A stretch of 42,562 nucleotides of DNA from positions 18,250,853 to 18,293,414 of the forward strand of contig NC_068988.1 in NCBI RefSeq assembly GCF_001194135.2, read 5' to 3'. Below the pieces are notes generated by a model that was given only the letters and a program-made list of their open reading frames with translations, ran no database searches and had not been told where the DNA came from. Made by a program: the position numbers and the translations under genes. Shown here piece by piece: positions 34,143 through 42,562 of the stretch. How positions within the stretch are numbered: the stretch's first letter is position 1; each line of letters opens with the position of its first letter. This DNA is from Octopus bimaculoides. Taxonomy: Eukaryota.

Positions 34143-34357
34143 TCAGGGTGTGGAAGTTGTTAAAACTACGTTTGATACGGCTTTGTATTCAGCATGAAAG
34201 CAGTAGCCAGCAAAGCCTACACTGCCTTGAACAACAATACTAGAGATGGGTGGAGTGTGTCCATAAATTTCCTCTTTGGCCATGTGTTCATACCATGAGA
34301 TGTCTTGATTCCTCATGAAAAGTTTGGTGTATGTACCATCAGTGTAATCATAATTAC
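34143..34357 (-). CDS. Candidate exon, CUB-like C-half: NYDYTDGTYTKLFMRNQDISWYEHMAKEEIYGHTPPISSIVVQGSVGFAGYCFHAEYKAVSNVVLTTSTP*
   Basis: 70 open codons in very AT-rich DNA after TTCTCTCTTGGAATTAAG; phase-1 join to 34733-34897 creates CNYDY; FHAEY resembles the CUB GF.A.Y motif. Confidence 0.5.
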
Positions 34358-34732
34358 CTTAATTCCAAGAGAGAAATGTAAAAGCAGTTTTATATGGTTG
34401 GAATGGTTTAAGGAACAATAAATCTATGACCATTGAAGAGGAACACTTTCATTTGAGTAATTGGCAATTTTTTGCTTTACATTGAGGTTAAATTGGCATG
34501 TGATAACAATATTACACTCTATACAGGTCTGAGATTGAAGATGGGAATATATAACTGAAAGAATTTTATTATTTGTAAATAGTGATGTCAATATTTGTCT
34601 AGATCCCTCAAATTTTGTGGAAATAGGATATAGTTTTCTTCATTAAAGATGAAAAGAAACCAATATTTATGGAGCTTGCAAGCCTACATATTGTTTACTA
34701 TATAGAATCTCAGTTTGATGTTACTCCCTTAC

Positions 34733-34897
34733 ATAGGTCTGTGCGATCCATGGCACTCTGGAAAGATACATCATGGCTATTATTTTCTGGTGCTACACTC
34801 ACATTCCAATGCAAATTATCTGGTTGCAGCTCCAGATAATAAGATTCAAATCAAAGTTCATGTTTTAGCATCCTGCGTGATTGCAACAAAGGAGAAG
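34733..34897 (-). pseudogene. Candidate exon with one in-frame TGA: SPLLQSRRMLKHEL*FESYYLELQPDNLHWNVSVAPENNSHDVSFQSAMDRTDL
   Basis: Acceptor TTTCTAACAG, donor TAT/GTAAGG, 165 nt phase 1-1; TGA at 34853-34851; PDNL.W.VSV resembles CUB P.NL.C.W.I.V. Confidence 0.4.
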
Positions 34898-34938
34898 CTG
34901 TTAGAAATATCTACATTCAGTTGTTATGTGTTCCTTAC

Positions 34939-35006
34939 CTGACACATTCAACAAGGGCTTACAATATATGAAATATGTGTTTAATTCAGCAAACATAATC
35001 ACTTCA
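34939..35006 (-). CDS. Candidate exon EVIMFAELNTYFIYCKPLLNVS
   Basis: Strong donor CAG/GTAAGG, acceptor TATTCCTAG, open frame; but only 41 nt to the next candidate acceptor. Confidence 0.3.
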
Positions 35007-35399
35007 CTAGGAATACATTGAGCTCGTACATAAAATTACCAGATCAAAGAGCTTATTTATTCTACATACTTGTGATCAGTTAAGGAAATCTATATAATTA
35101 AATGATATGTTGATATTTGAATATAAATCATACTGTCTAAAACTAGTTAACTGATCATTATTACAATTATTATTATTAATTTAATTAAAATAGATAATTG
35201 TCTATGAAGTGAATGAACAAGATCATCAAACTATTACAGTATATAGTTCTATCCTTTACATTCTCAACTCTTATCCCATTGCGTTTGACTTTATTTTTCA
35301 TTCCGCTTAGGTTAATAAACTACCAGGCATAAGTTCAATTCAATTAACTCTAAGTTCATTGTACCATTGTAACAAATTATTGAATTGGTAAAATCAATA

Positions 35400-35560
35400 A
35401 AGAAACAGATAAAATGCCTTGTGGTATTTGTTCCAGCTTTTTACATTCTTGGCTTAAATACCAAGATCAACTTTGCTTTTCAACCTTTGGGGGATTGCTA
35501 AAATAAAGTACCAGTCAAGCACTGAAGTTGATGGTATCAACGAATCTGCTTTACCAAATT
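35400..35560 (+). mobile_element. SINE family D, decayed
   Basis: CAACTTTGCTTTTCAACCTTTGGGGGATTGCTAAAATAAAGTACCAG. Confidence 0.65.
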
Positions 35561-36704
35561 TCAGGCCATTTTATTGTAAATACATTGCTATAAAACTTTC
35601 ATATCCCTGTAATTTTCATAGTATTAATATAAATTAGATTATTATTGGGGTAACAGTAAATTGGTTATAAAAATATATGTCACGTATTTTGCAGGAAAAC
35701 TTTCTACTATTACTAATTATATGGAATTATATGGAATACTAATTATATGGAAGAAGTACTATTGACAAATCATGCAATGATAGTGATGTCTAGATTATTA
35801 AAAATTATATCCATTATAAATTTTTGGGCTGCATAAATCAAAAATTTTCCATTAATTTTGGTACATCAGTTGATAATCATACAATTCTTAATTAAAAACA
35901 AACCCTACTTCATCAATGTATTATTTCTTCACAATTTCAATCTGTAGATGCATTTTAATGTCTTGATAAAATACACTTATAAAATTTACTTATCTTTAAG
36001 CATGTTATATATTTAACAATTGTTCAAAGCCAACATTTATTATATCATAGCATACAACTTGTTTACATGTTTTATTATCTTCCTATGATTAACTTTATCA
36101 ACTCTTGAAGCTATTCTCTTGAAATTTTGACCTGTAAAGTTCTTTTTCTTTTTATGAACATACATAACTTGTGAAACCTTTATACTTTTATTTTCTAAGT
36201 TTGCAGAGCACAAACTTTCAACTAAAAGCCAATTACAAATTTGTAGTTATATATATTCATAAATTTCATTCTCATATATTTTCTTTCGGCATGATAATTA
36301 TGACTGGAATCTATTTAGCTTGTGTGGGTTCTTTAAAATATGAATTATTAGCAAATAGTGTTTTCCGAAATTAAAAAAAATGTTATTGAATAAATTTTAA
36401 TTTGTATTACTATTTTGATATTATTTGATGTAAATCTTCATTTTTATTCATAGGTTTTATTTAAATTCAGATTTTATGTTATATAAATATTTCTGTTTCT
36501 ATTAAACTAAGTTATAAAGATATACTAGCTCAAAAAAAGTGTAGTCTAAATTTTTTTTAAATACAATTTGGCTTAGTATAAAATAAGCTTTTGGAGAAAA
36601 TATAGCAATATGCTTCTAGCTACATATTTCTACTTTACTAGACGTGTTTTTTTATAAAACTATTTTATTCTAATAAATTTTGGTAAGGGAAATATTTTTA
36701 CTAC

Positions 36705-36705
<1 letters not shown>

Positions 36706-36752
<47 letters not shown>

Positions 36753-36832
36753 CGATATCATTATCATCATCATTGTCATTATCATCATCATTGTCATTAT
36801 CATCATCATCATCATTAACATCATCATCATCC
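36706..36832. repeat. (TAT)n followed by (CAT)n compound microsatellite
   Basis: Direct inspection. Confidence 0.95.
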
Positions 36833-36984
36833 TGATTCACATTAGAAATATGTATATTATACTTGGTTCACTTTAGATATTCTGTAACTTGCTGATATTA
36901 TATCCACTGTCAATGGTGCAACATTTAAAAAATTAAAACTTTGTATGAACTATATTTTCAAATAGAAACTTTCAGCAATGCTCT

Positions 36985-37048
<64 letters not shown>

Positions 37049-37130
37049 NNNNNNNNNNNNNNNNNNNNNNNNNNNNNNNNNNNNNNNNNNNNNNNNNNNN
37101 NNNNNNNNNNNNNNNNNNNNNNNNNNNNNN
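37049..37130. other. Assembly gap inside a (CT)n microsatellite
   Basis: N run flanked by (CT)n on both sides. Confidence 1.
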
Positions 37131-37193
<63 letters not shown>

Positions 37194-37797
37194 CCACTAT
37201 CGATTTGTCTATCTATCTATCTATCTATCTATATATACATATATATATATCTTGAATTTTACATCAAGACTTCTAATTCAAGAATATAAATTTTATATAC
37301 AATATAACAGTTTAATGGTTTTTTGAGTCATAAATACATTTTCTTTAAGATTGTAATTATACATTTTTGTACAACCACTTATCTAATAAACATACATACA
37401 CCTGTATATGCACACACACACACACACATACACACATCTATGCATACATACAAACATATATACATACATGAATATATTCACAAAGACACATGCATACAAA
37501 CACCACACACATACAAACCCAAGAACTTTTCCATCATTGCTCGACTTAATGTAAAATGCTATTTTTATCTGTTAATTAATTTTAAATTTTATTAAAACTA
37601 TACTGGAATATTGGATATAAATTATTTAGTTTTATTTTAAAAATCTAACAATATAATCAATGTAACAAAAAACACATTCTAGAATCTTAGATTTTTCCTT
37701 TCTCTGGCTTTTTTATTCAATTGTTATATTTTTCTTATGATGATGGAGTATATTTACATTAAAATTTTATGTATTCATCTGAGCACATATTGCATAC

Positions 37798-37850
37798 CTT
37801 AAACCAACTACAAAGGCTGAGATGCCCCAGAAAAAAACACAGTCCAAAAA
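37798..37850 (-). CDS. Candidate exon (53 nt), hydrophobic in two open frames
   Basis: Strong acceptor ATATTTGTTTCAG and donor AAG/GTATGC; reads FLDCVFFWGISAFVVGL or FGLCFFLGHLSLCSWFK. Confidence 0.35.
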
Positions 37851-40699
37851 CTGAAACAAATATAAATGTAAATAAATTTCTTCTTCATCTATCTACAACA
37901 GATGTGTTTTTAACAATGTTGTACCAGCCAGGAATTTCTGTCCCACATTCATGTTGTATGTCACAGCTAATATCATCTAACATCAATGTTCTTTAGTAGT
38001 CCTCATCCTTTTTTAGAGTATAAAAGCCTCCAAAATATATCATCTGATATGGTCTATTGTTCAACACTATAGTAAAGCCTATATTGAACAGAGCAACGAT
38101 AGTAGAGAGCGATGAAATGTGTCCATAGCTTGCCACATTTGTGTCATGGTCACATCATGAGACACTTTGAACTCTCATCAGAAGTTTAGTGCGTCTACCA
38201 TCGAAATGATCTTAAATTTCCTTCTTCATAGTCCAGCAGTTTTGGGGCTTGTAACAAGTACTAAAATCAATGATAATCATGTATTTCAAAGTCAAAATGG
38301 CTAACCATCTTTTGGACATGGACAGAGAACATTCTAAGACAATGAATAAGTTTAATCCCTTTTTAATGTTTTGAAATAAAAGGGAGTAAGAACTGTATAG
38401 AGAATTGAAGAAGATTTTCTATTGTGTACAGGTCAGAATTTAATTAATATTTCATCATAGACATTAACCTATTACCTGATCTATGGTATAAGTGCTAGGA
38501 ATATACTAGCAACTGGCAATCAACTACACTGTATTTTCTTACATAACAATTACTCTTACATTTAAAAATTAATTCCATGTTTCTTTTTGAAGAATACTTT
38601 AAAACAATTTAAGAACCAGAAATATAAGTGTTCTTCCTAATCTATCCATTATAACAGCCATCTTATAAATTTAAATAAAATAGAAATGTAAAGAAATGCA
38701 GTAAATCATCCTCTTTATTTTTTTCTTCTTTTCATGATTAGTTAAGGTTTTGCAGAACAAAAAGTCAAAGTAATTGTTCTATTATAGCTACTTTAGATAC
38801 AGATCTCTTTTAATTAGGAAGACAATTTTCAAAAGAATTGCAAAACATATTTTAATTAGTATTTTCATTTCTATTTCTCATCTTTTTAAACATGTTATCT
38901 ACAACACAAAAACAAAAAAAATGCAACCATCTATCATTGAGTGGTTTCTGTAGTTTTCCTATTTTGAACAATTTTCCTCAGCACATACAGAGTACTAACT
39001 TATCTACAAGAAAAATACTCAAGAGAAATATACAATAATTTTTCAATATATTAAAACAATGTTCTATATAAATATTGTATGAATATTTTGAATATTCATA
39101 TGAAATCACTTTTTTTTAAAGTTTTCAAATTACCTTTATTATTACCTTCAGAAGTCTGTCACCCTTTTAGTAATCATTTGAAAACCTATGTGATTCCTGT
39201 CTATAATCCTGCTTGAGTGCTCTAATTTCATGATGATTCCTGGTATGCTCTTGGATCTGATTAATACTACCCTGCATTTGTGCATGCTTAGAAAAGCATA
39301 CCATCCTCACATTTGCTTATATATTCACTCAACTTTATGCTTCTTTCTTGTTATATTTTGCCTTCCTACTACAATACTAACACAAAGGTGTACTCATTAT
39401 AGCAACCAAATTCTATCTCTATATTTAATAGTCAAACGTAATCATAATACTTTAAGATCAAGTATTCATTTGGACAGTAAGGAATTTTAATGTATTAAGA
39501 CAATTGTATGATTTTCATAATATAATAGAAATGGTTCTTTAAAAAAAAAAAGTTAGCTATTAAGGCTGTCAAACTAAAGGCAATAACTTAATTTATATAT
39601 TTTTATGTTTTGTTCTAATTCATTTTCTTTATCTTAATATATTTCAAGCATCATTCATATTTCATGTACATATGATATTTTGAAAAACACTTGAATATTT
39701 TTGTAGGTAACTTACGTTTAGAAATATTCAAAACTACAAATACATAGCATTTCTAAGGTTATCAATTTCAATATAACAATATAATTTCTAGAATTTGCAT
39801 TTCCTGGTATTTTCACTTGTTTATGATGAATATTTTGCTTCTTTAAAATCTATTATAATTTAATAATAATCATGGTGGTGCACCAGCATGACTGCAGCCA
39901 CTTGGCTGAAACCCATAAATAAATAAATAAATAAATAAAATAGTGTAAGTAAAATTTCATGATAATAATAATTATACAGTATGAAAATTTCATCGCTACT
40001 AAATCTTAGTATAAACTTATCAGGTTTTTGTGATATATTTGTAAACAGCTGAATACATAGCATAATTGTGGGTATAGTGTCTCAGCAATTAAATGGGATA
40101 TCAACTAAATGATGAGATATCAAAAAAGTATCAGAATAATATTCCATATGATATGAGCTTTGTAGCTAGTTTGTTTTAATGTTTAAGTACACTGACATTT
40201 GAGGTGATAGAACTAGGTAAGCATATCCACAATTTGATGCCACTTGACAATAAGATGCTATATCCATGATCTGACAACATTCAATGCATTAAATAAAATA
40301 TTGCCATACAATTAAGAAGTTCAATTATTCAGAATAAATGCTATATTAGTTGGTGATTATTTAAAAGGTTCACCATCTGAAAATATTCTATTTTTACAAA
40401 GACTGCTAATTACTAGTTCTTCAAAATGTCTAGTTAAATTTACAAGCTCTAAGGCAGTACCTTGGTAGAGTCATTAAGGTGTCAGCAGAAATACCTCCAA
40501 ATGTTTTTCACAATTCTTTGTTCTCTGAGTTCAAATCCTGCCTTAATCAGCTTTGTCTTTTATTCTTTTGAACAATCAAAAAACCTAAGTGTTGATGTAG
40601 AATAGTAAACTAGTGCAACTGTAAGAACATCAGACTGAATGCCTTTCAGTATTTGTTCCAGCTCTTTGCATTTGGAGTTTAATTCCCACCATGGCTTAC

Positions 40700-40828
40700 T
40701 TGGATGTTACACTTAATTCATCACCAAGTTTAACATCACCGACTGACACCTCTTGAGTGCCTTTGAGAATAATTTCTTCATTCTCTCCAACCAGTCTTGG
40801 AGGCCCAATAAAGAGTTTGGGGCTCAGC
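40700..40828 (-). CDS. Candidate exon (129 nt, phase 2-2) LSPKLFIGPPRLVGENEEIILKGTQEVSVGDVKLGDELSVTS
   Basis: Pyrimidine tract TTTGTCATTTTGTTTTAATCAAAG, donor CAA/GTAAGC, 42 open codons, GC-richer than flanks. Confidence 0.55.
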
Positions 40829-41073
40829 CTTTGATTAAAACAAAATGACAAATTATGTTACACAAAAATCATGAAAAAACTAAGAATCACTATTAATAAA
40901 AATCTACTAAATATATCCAAGTTATTGATTAAACATGTCAATAATGTTGCTTTTACTCTCAAAATATTAATGCTAGAACAATCTAGAAGAAATTCCTCAA
41001 CCTGAAATATATATTTCTATACATACCTGAGATTGTGCCAATAAATAATAACATATTCTTTATCAGAGTTCAC

Positions 41074-41105
41074 CTGAGCCTATATCTTACAGTTGCAGCT
41101 ACATC
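41074..41105 (-). CDS. Candidate exon (32 nt) DVAATVRYRL
   Basis: TAGTAG tandem acceptor, donor CAG/GTGAAC; phase-2 end fits 40828. Confidence 0.35.
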
Positions 41106-41751
41106 CTACTATAGTGAATAATTTATTTTATGAAATATGTGTATTATTATTAAAATAAATAAAATAACATTTTACCTGCTGGTAATAATTTAAAATTGCA
41201 AGTATTATCAAATTTATATACTTCTCTTATTAGTTTTAGAAAATATTAAAATTTCTTGTGACACCGGTATAAGTTAGTAAATAGTAATATGGTTTCCCAG
41301 AATAGTACAAGGATAATCATGTTTATGTTTGATGCCTTGATTTTATTCCTTTTATTCAAATTAAACTAGATTATTTTTCTTCAAAAGTAGACTGTTCAGC
41401 TTAGAGTAATTACTTTTATCCAGTTAGCTTCTCAGCTGAACTACTGTTAATGCCAATGTAAACTTTATTTTTTCTCATTCTAGAGTGGATAAAATAAGTA
41501 CCTGTGATATACTAAAATCAAGTTGACTTATATTTTCCCTTTATAAAGTTACGTGTGCCTAGTTAAAAAGCATCATTATTATTAAAAATAAAGTTTTATG
41601 TTTGAAATTATTACAACATAATTACATAAGGTTTTTAACTGATTGTAAATTAACAACTTGAAATATAGTTAAAGCTGACTGTTGCTATTAACCATGATTT
41701 TATATTCTTAACCTTAGGAATATAATTATTTGGCATTTAGTTTAAGCCTAC

Positions 41752-41856
41752 AATCTGATTTAATACATTAACAGAAGTATCTGAGTTGTCATTATTAGAA
41801 AATAATTGTTTTTGATAAGTCATCTGTAGTTCATATCTCTTCACTATGGCTTTACC
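41752..41856 (-). CDS. Candidate exon (105 nt) GKAIVKRYELQMTYQKQLFSNNDNSDTSVNVLNQI
   Basis: Long pyrimidine tract upstream, AAG acceptor, donor ATT/GTAGGC; phase 0-0 fits 41105; lies in supplied ORF 41737..41931. Confidence 0.35.
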
Positions 41857-42178
41857 CTTTAATGTACAGTCCATTACAAAAAAGGAAGAAAGAAATAAGC
41901 TGTGGGTTATTACACAGTTACATATATGCAAAACAAATTTTAATATTATATTTAGATCTTTTGGTTATTTACCATAAAAGATATTTCATACTTTATGAAA
42001 AAATACAGTCTCTAAGAGTTAATCTTTAATATAATTTTTATCTCTTAGCTAACTTATTAAATGATACGTTTATCAAATAAACAACAGCAAATATAATTAG
42101 AATCTTCTAAATTACTCTTAATTCTACTTCTACTTGTAAAATCAGAACATATTGCCATTTTCTTTATTTTTTTACCAG

Positions 42179-42316
42179 CAAGGAGAAAATAAATCGAAAG
42201 AACCATCCTCTTCATCTTCATTATCATCATCATCATCATCATCATCATCTGAAGAAGAAGAAGAAGAAGATTCACAGGCAGATGACGAGCATGCCTCTTC
42301 AAAGAAAATGTTGTGA
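42179..42316 (+). CDS. Candidate terminal exon QGENKSKEPSSSSSLSSSSSSSSSEEEEEEDSQADDEHASSKKML*
   Basis: Acceptor TTTTCTTTATTTTTTTACCAG, open frame to TGA, AATAAA at 42452-42457; competes with a minus-strand reading (see findings). Confidence 0.4.
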   Translation, partial: QGENKSKEPSSSSSLSSSSSSSSSEEEEEEDSQADDEHASSKKML

Positions 42317-42514
42317 AAACGTCATAATATAATGTACAGAGACAAAAAAAAAAGAGAGAGAGAGATTTTCAACACTTCTGCAGAGGCTTATTAATGATCA
42401 ACATACAAAATTTAAAGACTTTTATCAAACTTGATCGCCTCTCTTATCATTAATAAATTATTAATTAATCAATATCTTCTCATTCATCTACTTAATTTTA
42501 AACACATACATACA

Positions 42515-42562
<48 letters not shown>

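Overview
AT-rich, microsatellite-dense metazoan genomic DNA with five N gaps, each adjoining (TA)n or (CT)n. The SINE families and simple-repeat landscape look like an octopus/coleoid cephalopod genome; this is an inference, not checked by search. Almost all entries in the supplied ORF track are microsatellite or gap artefacts. Bases 1-28 kb are a retroelement graveyard: three decayed RTE-clade LINEs (one near full length, with APE, RT and a PHD-like zinc finger), two CR1/L2-like fragments, a Penelope-like RT fragment, four SINE-like families (my labels A-D), a hAT-type MITE and an 18-bp minisatellite. Bases 28-42.5 kb are TE-poor and carry clusters of phase-compatible exon candidates on the minus strand, one with CUB-like motifs and an in-frame TGA. 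The two most interesting signals are (1) a near full-length SRP/7SL RNA copy with an A-rich tail joined directly to the head of a tRNA-derived SINE, and (2) two tandem 5'-truncated R4/Dong-like retrotransposon ends, each bounded by (TACA)n, suggesting a microsatellite-targeting element. All protein and RNA family calls come from manual translation and remembered motifs. LINE and SINE boundaries are approximate.
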